From Hyphomicrobiales bacterium (GTDB taxonomy: Bacteria > Pseudomonadota > Alphaproteobacteria > Rhizobiales > Hyphomicrobiaceae): 52,436 nt of DNA. Within the stretch, counting starts at the first letter, position 1. Each line of letters begins with the position of its first letter. The notes beneath the pieces were generated by a model. That model made no database searches and was not told where the DNA came from. It saw only the letters and a program-made list of their open reading frames with translations. This document shows positions 29,409 through 37,801 of this stretch, in pieces. Made by a program: the position numbers and the translations under genes. The stretch covers positions 1 through 52,436 of the forward strand of contig JBBRKD010000001.1 in assembly GCA_038218255.1 (NCBI GenBank). Reading direction: 5' to 3'.

Positions 29409-29684
29409 CTAATCATCGTTAAAATACGCGTAATTCGGATCATACACATAATATGCGACCACTGTTTTTGTTTTTTTGACATGCCCCATACCGATGATAG
29501 GTCCAACGACTTCGCGCCCAACGTCCAGACGGTTGTCAATCTCGACGCGAATGAGAATGTCCCATTTGCCGCTGATTGAGCTGATGTCGCAGACATATTT
29601 CAGTTTCGCCTTTGCGAGCGCGGTCGCAACTTCGTAAGTTTTGCCGAGGTCGGTCTGCAGGAAAACAAAAAAGCGTTGCATCAT
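29409..29684 (-). CDS. Stand-alone Lrp/AsnC-type ligand-binding (RAM/ACT-like) domain protein
   Basis: 91 aa. FFVFLQTDLGKTYEVATALAKAKLKYVCDISSISGKWDILIRVEIDN...VGPIIGMGHVKKTKTVV matches the beta-alpha-beta-beta-alpha-beta pattern of AsnC_trans_reg domains. No HTH is present. ATGA overlaps the upstream gene. Confidence 0.6.
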   Translation of the reverse strand: MMQRFFVFLQTDLGKTYEVATALAKAKLKYVCDISSISGKWDILIRVEIDNRLDVGREVVGPIIGMGHVKKTKTVVAYYVYDPNYAYFNDD

Positions 29685-30184
29685 GACGTATCTCCCCGCG
29701 TTAGCATGTCATAAGACGGATCATTGCCGCCGCGCGTGCCTTTGGGAAGCTCCGCGTTCGCGTTATACCATTTTTTATCCGCAATACGCTCGGCACCGTA
29801 ATCGACGACTTCGTTATGCCAAAAGATTAGCCAGTGTTCCGCTACCAATCGTGCTTTTTGTAAATATCGCGCTTGCACCACAAGTTCGCGAGGTTCGTTT
29901 GGCAAATCAATCAAGTGCCAAGCGTCAACATAGGCTTCAACACTGCACATGTCACCATCACCGCTGATGTAGATGTTTGAAATACAATGTCGCGTCGCTG
30001 CCATCGCGCCCATGAAACTCATGGCCACAGAGACAAATCCATCCGCGCCACCACGATAGATAGCGCCCATATCGATTTCGGCATCATCGGCAAAGACGCT
30101 GCGCAACAGCGTCGCATCGCAGCGGTCAAGTGCCCGCGCGTAGGTGTAGAGGAGCTGTGGGATAGCGGAATATGCATCGGTCAT
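29681..30184 (-). CDS. SnoaL_4 / NTF2-like protein
   Basis: 167 aa. IPQLLYTYARALDRCDATLLRSVFADDAEIDMG...HCISNIYISGDGD...VEAYVDAWH fits the SnoaL_4 pattern. The ATG start (30182-30184) shares one base with the TGA stop of the upstream FAH gene (30184-30186). Confidence 0.7.
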   Translation of the reverse strand: MTDAYSAIPQLLYTYARALDRCDATLLRSVFADDAEIDMGAIYRGGADGFVSVAMSFMGAMAATRHCISNIYISGDGDMCSVEAYVDAWHLIDLPNEPRELVVQARYLQKARLVAEHWLIFWHNEVVDYGAERIADKKWYNANAELPKGTRGGNDPSYDMLTRGDTS

Positions 30185-31002
30185 CAGATTTCGATCCTGT
30201 TTTCGATGGCGCCCAGCCCTTCGATTTCCACACGGACACAGTCGCCGGCTTTCAGATAAACGGGCGGCGACAATCCGTGACCCGATCCGCCAGGCGATCC
30301 GGTTGTGATTATGTCGCCCGGTTGCAATGCCAGCGACTGCGCAAGATAGGCAACAATCTCATATGGGTTGCGGTGTAACTGGGCCGTCGATGAGTTTTGA
30401 CGCAATACACCATTGACCCATGTCCTGATCCACAAGCCAGTCGGGTTTGGCACCGCGTCAGCGGTCGTGATCCAAGGCCCAAACGGCCCATAGCCCGGCG
30501 ACCCTTTCGCCAGCACCAGCGTATCGGGTTTGGCGAGCGCACGGGTCGTCAGATCATTCACCACGCAATATCCCGCGATTGCAGACCGCGCGGCATCGAC
30601 CGTCGGCGTTTCTGGGGACGAGCCAATGACGATACCCAGTTCTCCTTCATAATCCATTGTCCGGCAATCGGCCGGAATGTGTATCGGATCGTAAGGGCCC
30701 GCAACTGCACTCGGTGGTTTGATGAACACCGGCGGAAAATCGGGTAGCGCGCGACCCATTTCAGCAGCATGATCGTGGTAATTGAGACCAACGCCGTAGA
30801 ATGCGCCCGGTTGTAATAAAGGCGCACAAAGACGCGTCAGATCGAGCGGCTCTGTCTCGCCCATTGATACGACTAGTTGATCGGATGCAACGCCAAGAAG
30901 GGTGATCATATCACTCGCGAGCGAGGACACGTCGGCGATCCGACCATCAATAACGATACCGGGCGCAATGCCGTGTGCGAACTGATAAGAAGCCAGCCTC
31001 AC
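30184..31002 (-). CDS. Fumarylacetoacetate hydrolase (FAH) family protein, short form
   Basis: 272 aa with a GTG start. Carries GVGLNYHDHAAE, DYEGELGIVIG and GDIITTGSPGG. Confidence 0.85.
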   Translation of the reverse strand: MRLASYQFAHGIAPGIVIDGRIADVSSLASDMITLLGVASDQLVVSMGETEPLDLTRLCAPLLQPGAFYGVGLNYHDHAAEMGRALPDFPPVFIKPPSAVAGPYDPIHIPADCRTMDYEGELGIVIGSSPETPTVDAARSAIAGYCVVNDLTTRALAKPDTLVLAKGSPGYGPFGPWITTADAVPNPTGLWIRTWVNGVLRQNSSTAQLHRNPYEIVAYLAQSLALQPGDIITTGSPGGSGHGLSPPVYLKAGDCVRVEIEGLGAIENRIEI

Positions 31003-31067
31003 CGCGCTTGCCGTTTGACAGTAGGCTGACTGGTCGGGATAGGCCTGTAGGCTTTTGGAAAACCAAC

Positions 31068-31961
31068 ATGCTCGAATCGCGACGATTGCGTCATTTTCTG
31101 ACCGTTTACGAGTTGGGCAGCATCGGCCAGGCCGCCGAACGATTGCTGTTGACGCAACCGGCGCTGTCCAAGAGCATACGGCAGTTGGAAAGCGATTTGG
31201 GGGTTCGCCTGTTCGACCGCACCACCTTGGGCGTTATACCCACCGTTTATGGCAATGCGCTCGCGCTTCACGCCAAGACGATCGATGCCGAAGTGCGAAG
31301 GGCCGAAGCGCAAATCCTGTCGCTGCGCGGCAAGGCGCGCGGTCAGGTTTCGGTCGGCGTCGGTCCCAGCGTTGCGGCGAATCTGATGCCGCTTGCGACA
31401 CTTTCGCTGCATCAGCTCCATCCCGACATCGAGTTGAACGTAACCGAAGGATTGATCGACGACATCCTTCCGATGCTGAGGCGCGGCGAAATTCAGGTTG
31501 CCGTGGGTGCATGGCCCGAAATTACGGAAGCAATTTTCAACACTGAGCTTCTGATCGAAGACATGATCGAAGTCTACGGCGGCGTGGACCACCCGCTCGT
31601 CGGCACCACTGTTTCGTTGAAAGAATTGCTCGAACATCCATGGGCTTTGCCGCCCTCGTCGCAGCGGTGGCGACAAAATCTTGACGATCTGTTTTTTGCA
31701 CAGGGACTGTCGCCCCCCAAGCCCAGCGTCACAAGCAATTCGGCAAGTTACCTTAAAGAGCTGATGCGGCGCGGCGGTTATCTCAGTTTCCTTCCGCGCC
31801 AGCTCGTTGGGGATCGCACGGGGCTGGCGATCATCGAAACAGACATTCCAAAAATTCGTCCCAGCGTCACGATGACGTACCGTGAACGGTCATTGCTTGA
31901 CGCGCCATGCGGAGAATTCGTCCAAGCCATGCGCTCTGCTGCTGCTGAAATCGTGACTTGA
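31068..31961 (+). CDS. LysR-family transcriptional regulator
   Basis: I trimmed the start to ATG 31068 (MLESRRLRHFLTVYELGSIGQAAERLLLTQPALSKSIRQLE). It is divergent from the FAH operon across a 65-bp gap. Confidence 0.88.
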   Translation: MLESRRLRHFLTVYELGSIGQAAERLLLTQPALSKSIRQLESDLGVRLFDRTTLGVIPTVYGNALALHAKTIDAEVRRAEAQILSLRGKARGQVSVGVGPSVAANLMPLATLSLHQLHPDIELNVTEGLIDDILPMLRRGEIQVAVGAWPEITEAIFNTELLIEDMIEVYGGVDHPLVGTTVSLKELLEHPWALPPSSQRWRQNLDDLFFAQGLSPPKPSVTSNSASYLKELMRRGGYLSFLPRQLVGDRTGLAIIETDIPKIRPSVTMTYRERSLLDAPCGEFVQAMRSAAAEIVT

Positions 31962-31967
31962 CGCAAA

Positions 31968-33167
31968 TTATAGCAGCCCCTGTGTTATCCCGAGATAGAG
32001 GATGTCTTTGGTGAAATCGCACGAATATCCGATCCATGCATCGTTGAGGAAGCGACCCGCCTCATATTCTGTTGTCGTGCCGTAACCGCCAAGAATTTGC
32101 ATGCAAAGCTCGGCATTACGTATCGCCGCATCAACGGCACGTGTCTTGGCAGCCGGCCCTTTGAACATTGCCGCGGCCATCGGATCCGTGTCGCATGCCA
32201 GCGCGGCATCCCAAGCAACAAGGCGCGCGGTATGGACCTCGACTGCCATTTCGGCGAGCTTGAGCGCCACCGCCTGATGCTGGGCAATCGGCTGACCTGT
32301 GCTTTTTCGATTGCGCGCGTAGTCGAGCGCATAGTCGTAGGACGCCCGCGCCAACCCGACAAAGCAGGCCGCAAGGCAGACCGGCATTTCGGGAATCATG
32401 CCGAACAACATGGCTGCGCCACCTTCGGCTCCGACACGTGAGGTGGCAGGGACGCGAACATCGTCGAAATGAAGCTCGGCATGGCTGGTCAGTGGCCAGC
32501 CGATCAGGTGCGTTTTTTTGCCCACGCGCAGTCCGGACGTTGCCGCTGGAATATGAAAAACGGTCAGCCCCGCCATGACCGGCTTGTCGGGGTCGGTGCG
32601 CGCAATAATGAAATAGCTGTCGGCCACGCCAGCGTTGGTGATGAACGCCGATTTCGCACCCGTCAGGACATAATCATCGCCGTCACGCACGGCGCGCATT
32701 TTCGGCCCGAATGCTGGATTTGGCCCCGCCGCCATCAGTTCTGAACCTGCAACATCGGGCTCACTCTGCGCGCCCGCCAATACCATGTCGGGCGACGCTA
32801 CGAATGCCCGAAGGAAATCTGAAGCCTGTTCTGGCGTGCCGCCGCGCAGCATCATCAACGGCATTGTTGACGTCAGCGAAAAATAATCACCCGCAATCCC
32901 GACATCGGCGGCACCAAGCTCTTCCATGACGATTGCGGCGTCGATGCAAGCCAATCCAAGTCCGCCATGCGCCTCGGGCACAAACAACTTGGTCAGTCCA
33001 AGCGCAACGCCTTGTTGGAAAACCGGATGAACGGCATCCCACGGATTGGTTGGGGCACCGGCCCGTCGGGTACGCTCGACCAGCGGACGGATCGCGTTCG
33101 ACGCAAAATCGCGTGCCGTCTTTTGGAGCATGCGCTGTTCATCGGTCAGCGTGAGCGACATTGCCAT
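31968..33167 (-). CDS. Acyl-CoA dehydrogenase family protein
   Basis: Starts LTDEQRMLQKTARDFA and shows an acyl-CoA dehydrogenase fold throughout (GAKSAFITNAGVADSYFIIAR, ILGGYGTTTEYEAGRFLNDA). ATG 33167 has GGAG 8 nt upstream. GTG 33176, which overlaps the upstream stop, is an alternative start. Confidence 0.8.
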   Translation of the reverse strand: MAMSLTLTDEQRMLQKTARDFASNAIRPLVERTRRAGAPTNPWDAVHPVFQQGVALGLTKLFVPEAHGGLGLACIDAAIVMEELGAADVGIAGDYFSLTSTMPLMMLRGGTPEQASDFLRAFVASPDMVLAGAQSEPDVAGSELMAAGPNPAFGPKMRAVRDGDDYVLTGAKSAFITNAGVADSYFIIARTDPDKPVMAGLTVFHIPAATSGLRVGKKTHLIGWPLTSHAELHFDDVRVPATSRVGAEGGAAMLFGMIPEMPVCLAACFVGLARASYDYALDYARNRKSTGQPIAQHQAVALKLAEMAVEVHTARLVAWDAALACDTDPMAAAMFKGPAAKTRAVDAAIRNAELCMQILGGYGTTTEYEAGRFLNDAWIGYSCDFTKDILYLGITQGLL

Positions 33168-33172
33168 TGTCG

Positions 33173-34150
33173 TCACTCCGCCCGCACGGCGAGGACGATC
33201 TTGCCATGCGTATGCCCCGTCTCGAGCTGGGTATGCGCTGTACTCGCTTGATCGAGCGGCAATATTGCCAGCTTCGGCGCACGCAGGGCACCCGCCTCAA
33301 ATGCGCCGCGCAATGAATCGAGAATATCCGGGCGCGCGCTGAATGCAACGATCTTGGTCATCACACCATATTTAGCCATCAGCCGGTCACGGTTGCCCAT
33401 TTCCATCTGATCGCCGCGCAAAACCACAAGAAGTGTGCCACCTCGTTTGAGGACGGTGTAGGATTTCAGGTTCGTCTCACCACCAATCGGATCGAGGACG
33501 ACGTCGATGTCCTGCAACACCTCGGCGAAATCTGTTGTTGTGCGATCGATCACCTGATCCGCACCGAGCGAACGGACATAGTCGATATTATCAGTACTGC
33601 ATGTCGCGGCAACCCAGGCCCCCAGACGCTTGGCGATCTGGATACCAAATGATCCAACCCCGCCGGCCCCTGCATGAACGAGCACGCGGTCACCCCGTTT
33701 GACGCCCGCAAGATCGGCAAGACCGAACCATGCAGTGCACCCCGCCATTGGAACACTGGCAGCTTCGGCGAAGCTCAGATTGGCGGGCATCCGGCGGATC
33801 AGATACGACGGCGCGGCAACATATTCGGCATAGGCCCCCGGTTTCGCGGGATCGAGGAGCCCCCAAACGCGATCGCCGACGTCAAGTTCTAAGCCGGATA
33901 CATCGAACCCTTTTGCAACGATCACACCGGCGACATCCTGCCCGAGAATATGGGGCGGCGAGACCGGAAACATTCCCTGAAACCACCCGCGTCGCAGCTT
34001 CGTCTCGAACGGGTTGGTTCCCGCTGCATGCACTTCGACAAGCACTTCATTGTGCGGCATCATCGCGGGGCGGGAAACATCGCGCACTACCAGTCCATCG
34101 GGCGGCCCAAATGATTCCATCACAACCGCACGCATCGTTTCCTTGCTCAT
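33173..34150 (-). CDS. Medium-chain dehydrogenase/reductase, NADPH:quinone oxidoreductase-like
   Basis: Starts MSKETMRAVVMESFGPPDGLVVRDV, with a VLVHAGAGGVGSFGIQIAK nucleotide site and HGKIVL at the end. ATG 34150 overlaps the upstream stop (ATGA). Confidence 0.85.
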   Translation of the reverse strand: MSKETMRAVVMESFGPPDGLVVRDVSRPAMMPHNEVLVEVHAAGTNPFETKLRRGWFQGMFPVSPPHILGQDVAGVIVAKGFDVSGLELDVGDRVWGLLDPAKPGAYAEYVAAPSYLIRRMPANLSFAEAASVPMAGCTAWFGLADLAGVKRGDRVLVHAGAGGVGSFGIQIAKRLGAWVAATCSTDNIDYVRSLGADQVIDRTTTDFAEVLQDIDVVLDPIGGETNLKSYTVLKRGGTLLVVLRGDQMEMGNRDRLMAKYGVMTKIVAFSARPDILDSLRGAFEAGALRAPKLAILPLDQASTAHTQLETGHTHGKIVLAVRAE

Positions 34151-35115
34151 ACTTGTTCCTTTTCGATCGCTACAATCTGTTTGCCGACGCCCGAGCCATT
34201 GAACAGCGCGCAAAATGCGCTCGGTGTCTCTTCCAGCCCCCGCCAAATGGTCTCAACCGGTCGCAGCGTTCCCGCATCGAGGAATTCGGCAAGGTGCGAA
34301 CGCGCTGCTTCAAACTCAGGCGCGTGATCGGCAAGCAGAAATCCACTTACCGTCGCGCGTTTGAAGAGCAGCGGCAGCATCGAGCCATAGGGGCGCGGCT
34401 GCGCATCATTATAGCCCGATATGAAACCCAGTAGCACGACGTGCGAATGAAGGTTCAAACGTGTCAGCATCGCATCGTGAAACGCGCCGCCAACACCATC
34501 GATCACATAATCAAGGCCATCAGGCAATTGTTGCGTGTCGTCGGTCGCGCCATCGAACCCTAGGTCGTCGGTCAGATAATTTACCTGCGCCGTGTCAGCC
34601 ACAAACCCCGTCACGTGCGCGCCTGCGGCCTTCGCGATTTGCCCTGCCAAAATGCCGACTGAGCCTGCCGCTGGCGCAATCAGGACGTTTTGCCCGGCAT
34701 AAATGCCGCGCGTCGTGAAATAGGCGGTCAGACCGGAAGGCCCGAGAACACTCAAATGCCGCTCCGGCGGGCCAAGCGTCGCATCGAGCTTTTGCAGCGT
34801 CTCACCACGACAGGACACGCGCTCCTGCCACCCGAGATCACCTGCAACCAGATCGCCCAATGCAAATCGGGGATCGCGACTTGCAAGGACATGGCCGACA
34901 CCGCGTCCGTCGACGACCTGATGCAGCGGCATCGGCGGGCCGACGCGACTCGTCGCGCTCATCCGCAGGCGGGGAAAGGGGTCCATCGACAGATGCGAAA
35001 CTTCGACGAGCACATTGCCATCACTCACACTGGGGTCAGCTGACTGAACCAGTGCGAAATCATCGGGTGTTGGCAAGCCGTCGGGATAACGCACAAGGTG
35101 CACTTGCTCGATCAC
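34147..35115 (-). CDS. NADP-dependent oxidoreductase, alkenal/enone (double-bond) reductase-type MDR
   Basis: Carries YPDGLPTPDDFALV, LSMDPFPRLRM and APAAGSVGILAGQIAKAAG. The GTG start overlaps the upstream stop (GTGA). Confidence 0.8.
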   Translation of the reverse strand: MIEQVHLVRYPDGLPTPDDFALVQSADPSVSDGNVLVEVSHLSMDPFPRLRMSATSRVGPPMPLHQVVDGRGVGHVLASRDPRFALGDLVAGDLGWQERVSCRGETLQKLDATLGPPERHLSVLGPSGLTAYFTTRGIYAGQNVLIAPAAGSVGILAGQIAKAAGAHVTGFVADTAQVNYLTDDLGFDGATDDTQQLPDGLDYVIDGVGGAFHDAMLTRLNLHSHVVLLGFISGYNDAQPRPYGSMLPLLFKRATVSGFLLADHAPEFEAARSHLAEFLDAGTLRPVETIWRGLEETPSAFCALFNGSGVGKQIVAIEKEQV

Positions 35116-35921
35116 GCCACGCTTTCCAGAAATTCGTGGAGGATTGCATTAAACTGCTCGGGCGCTTCGATATTCGAAATATGGCCTGCGCCTTCGATTT
35201 CAGCGTAGCGCGCATCAGGTATCATCTGCGCCATCGTGCGCATGATGTTCGGCGGCGCGACGCGATCAGCACTGCCGACGATGATTTGGGTCGGCACGTC
35301 GATGCCGCCCAAGTCGGGGAAGTCGGTAAATCGCGTGACTGCTTCGAGCGTCTTGAGATATGGGCCCGCGCGTAAGCCTGCTAGACTAGCAACAATTGCA
35401 TCCCATGCAGCCGGCGCAATGTCTGCGCCCGCCAAACCTTTAGCGACTTCGGGCGCGATATCGGCGGTTGATTTTCCTTCGAGCAAAGGTTTGCGCCGCG
35501 CCGCCAGAAACGCTTCGACTTTTTCGGGCGCCTGCGTTTCCGTGGATCCCGCCGAGCAATCGGCAAGCGTCATACTAGCCACCCGCGTGCGATGCCGATT
35601 CCACAGGTCAAGCGCGACGCGTCCCCCCATCGACAGCCCGACAACATGCGCCCTCTCGATGTTAAAATAATTGAGAACGCGAACGGCGTCGTCGGCAAAA
35701 TCCGTGAATACGCGAGCGCTTTCAGTGTCTCCGCTGTCGCCATAACCGCGCGCATCAATCGCGATCGTGCAATAGCGTCCGGCCAGGGCAGAAAGCTGCG
35801 CGGCCCAATTTCCGCGTGCACCGCCAATACCGTGCAGAAATAAGACGGCTGGTCCGGCTCCACGCGCCACATCGACGCATAACATAGGCGATGGGCCGAT
35901 ATATTCCGTCTCAATATTCAC
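35112..35921 (-). CDS. Alpha/beta hydrolase (NicD/enol-lactonase-like)
   Basis: 269 aa with VLFLHGIGG, the GLSMGG nucleophile elbow and a C-terminal GAGHISNIE histidine. The GTG start overlaps the NicX-like stop (GTGA). Confidence 0.85.
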   Translation of the reverse strand: MNIETEYIGPSPMLCVDVARGAGPAVLFLHGIGGARGNWAAQLSALAGRYCTIAIDARGYGDSGDTESARVFTDFADDAVRVLNYFNIERAHVVGLSMGGRVALDLWNRHRTRVASMTLADCSAGSTETQAPEKVEAFLAARRKPLLEGKSTADIAPEVAKGLAGADIAPAAWDAIVASLAGLRAGPYLKTLEAVTRFTDFPDLGGIDVPTQIIVGSADRVAPPNIMRTMAQMIPDARYAEIEGAGHISNIEAPEQFNAILHEFLESVA

Positions 35922-36961
35922 GCGAGTTCGGGCACCACTTTGCCATCGACCACTACCGGCACGTCATCAAGCGTGATCGTGCAATTGCGGACGGGCAAGT
36001 CGAAGTGGCCAAGTGTGTGCCGACCTGCAAACGGATTGGCGCCGGTCGAAAACAGAAAATTCCCGGCAAATGCACGCTGTTCTGTCCCATTGGTGTCGCG
36101 CTTGTCATAGAGCATCATCGATTCCCAGCGTGCGGCATGATTCATGCCCCAGCCGACATGGCTCGTCCCATAGGCTTCGGGATCGCCCCAGGCATCGAAA
36201 TAGGCGCGCATCAGGTCTGCGTCAGTGCCGACACCTTCGACGGCTGTTACATAATCGGTCTCGACCACCAGCCGGATTGGTTTTTCCAAATAGCGTTTAA
36301 ACGTGATGTTGATGTCGCCTTCGTCGAGCACGAGGATGCCATTGACCGTTCCCAGCGCAGGAAAACAGCTGCAGATGCCCCCCGGCCATGTCGCCAACGA
36401 ACCGGGATCGCGCGCTACGCCCAGATTGCCGCCGACGCGAGCGCCTTCCATGCCAATGCGCAGATCGGTTCCCGCATCCGATACGACATGCATCGTTTTT
36501 GCGGCCTGCATCATCGCACGTCCTTTGAGCACGCGCGGGATCAGGTTTTCGTCGGTTGCCAGCCGCTCAAGGGCTTCGGGATGTTCGTTGCTGATGTAGA
36601 GAACGCGACGCCCAGATTGCATGATTTCGGGCGTTTCTTCCGAATGCATCAATCCTTCGACCGTCATGTCGGCGATAAAATCCGCGACTTTCAGGGCCTC
36701 GACCACGGTGCGACGCCCTCCGATGGCCACCGATGATCCAGTCGACCGTATTGGCACCGGCGCGTCATGGGGGGCCGTCGGCATGACGACATGAACCGGC
36801 TGTGCCCCGATTCGCAGCAGCGCCAGTTCGGCAAGCTGAACATTGACTGCGCGCGATTGGGTTTCGGACAGGATCACAACCTCTTGCCCCGCGAGCACAT
36901 TCGACAGTCGGAAAGTGCGCTCGAACGCGTCGATCCATTTACCTTCAATACGCTCAATCAT
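35918..36961 (-). CDS. NicX-family Fe(II) ring-cleavage dioxygenase (2,5-dihydroxypyridine 5,6-dioxygenase-like; aminopeptidase-T fold)
   Basis: 347 aa, colinear with Pseudomonas putida NicX as I recall it. YGTSHVGWGM matches YGISHIGWGL, QRAFAGNFLFSTGAN matches ARAFYGNFLFSTGPN, and GHFDLPVRNCTITLDDVPVV matches CHLDIPLRNCDIYLDDKAVV. The positions of the reported Fe ligands (His, His, Asp) are conserved. Confidence 0.85.
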   Translation of the reverse strand: MIERIEGKWIDAFERTFRLSNVLAGQEVVILSETQSRAVNVQLAELALLRIGAQPVHVVMPTAPHDAPVPIRSTGSSVAIGGRRTVVEALKVADFIADMTVEGLMHSEETPEIMQSGRRVLYISNEHPEALERLATDENLIPRVLKGRAMMQAAKTMHVVSDAGTDLRIGMEGARVGGNLGVARDPGSLATWPGGICSCFPALGTVNGILVLDEGDINITFKRYLEKPIRLVVETDYVTAVEGVGTDADLMRAYFDAWGDPEAYGTSHVGWGMNHAARWESMMLYDKRDTNGTEQRAFAGNFLFSTGANPFAGRHTLGHFDLPVRNCTITLDDVPVVVDGKVVPELA

Positions 36962-36970
36962 ACGCCTGCC

Positions 36971-37723
36971 TCATGTTTGTCGCCGACAATCGATCCGCCC
37001 GAGCGGCCCGAAATCGGCAGTTGCATTGTCACCCAAACCCAAAACCACCGAACGGCACATTGCACCGGTTGCCACGAGATCGCCCTTTCGCACCGGACGT
37101 TCGGTTCCGCTGCGGACCCGCACGAGCCATTCCAACGCGGTGCGCGGATCGCCAAGCACGGCCGCCGCATCTCCGGTCTGTTCCACTTGGCCATTGCGCA
37201 TAAATGTGACGCGCAAATTCGCAGGCTCGTTAAGTTCAGCGAGCGCAAACGCCTCGCCGACAATCAAACCCAGTTGCGCCGCATTATCGGCAACGATGAA
37301 CGCAGCGCCAAGTTCAAGCGCATCGTTGCGGCTTGGCCGATTGATCTCTACGCCGATCATCGCACGTCCGATAGCAGCGGCTGGATCGACATCTTCGGGA
37401 TCAGCGGCCATTTCAAACACGATCTCAGGTTCGATCTCTGCCGCGCGCGTTCCCGAGATTGGCGGCAATTCCGCATCTACCGAAACGCTCCCTTGGAAAA
37501 TTCGCCCGTAAATCGGCTCGGCGATCTGCAACATTGCTTGTGCGCCTGCACTTGTCGCCCCGACTTTCCAGCCGATTACCGGCGGCATCTGCGCCGCCGT
37601 TGCGGTCGCGACGGCATAACCCTCGCTCAACGTCAGCTCAGGCGCAGGTCCGACCAGTGCATTGCCCGACAGGCGCGCACTGGCCAGTCGTCTGCCAAAA
37701 TCAGTAGGGACCTCATTCATCAT
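36971..37723 (-). CDS. 2-keto-4-pentenoate hydratase / 2-oxohepta-3-ene-1,7-dioate hydratase-like (MhpD/HpcG branch of the FAH fold)
   Basis: 250 aa, with IGWKVGATSAGAQAMLQIAEPIYGRIF and the C-terminal GDLVATGA typical of the family. Confidence 0.75.
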   Translation of the reverse strand: MMNEVPTDFGRRLASARLSGNALVGPAPELTLSEGYAVATATAAQMPPVIGWKVGATSAGAQAMLQIAEPIYGRIFQGSVSVDAELPPISGTRAAEIEPEIVFEMAADPEDVDPAAAIGRAMIGVEINRPSRNDALELGAAFIVADNAAQLGLIVGEAFALAELNEPANLRVTFMRNGQVEQTGDAAAVLGDPRTALEWLVRVRSGTERPVRKGDLVATGAMCRSVVLGLGDNATADFGPLGRIDCRRQT

Positions 37724-37801
37724 CGGTCGTCATATCCCGTGAGCACACTCTCGCCACACAACTTATACGGCGCCGCCGCGCGCATTCCGGTTATGTCACC
37801 C

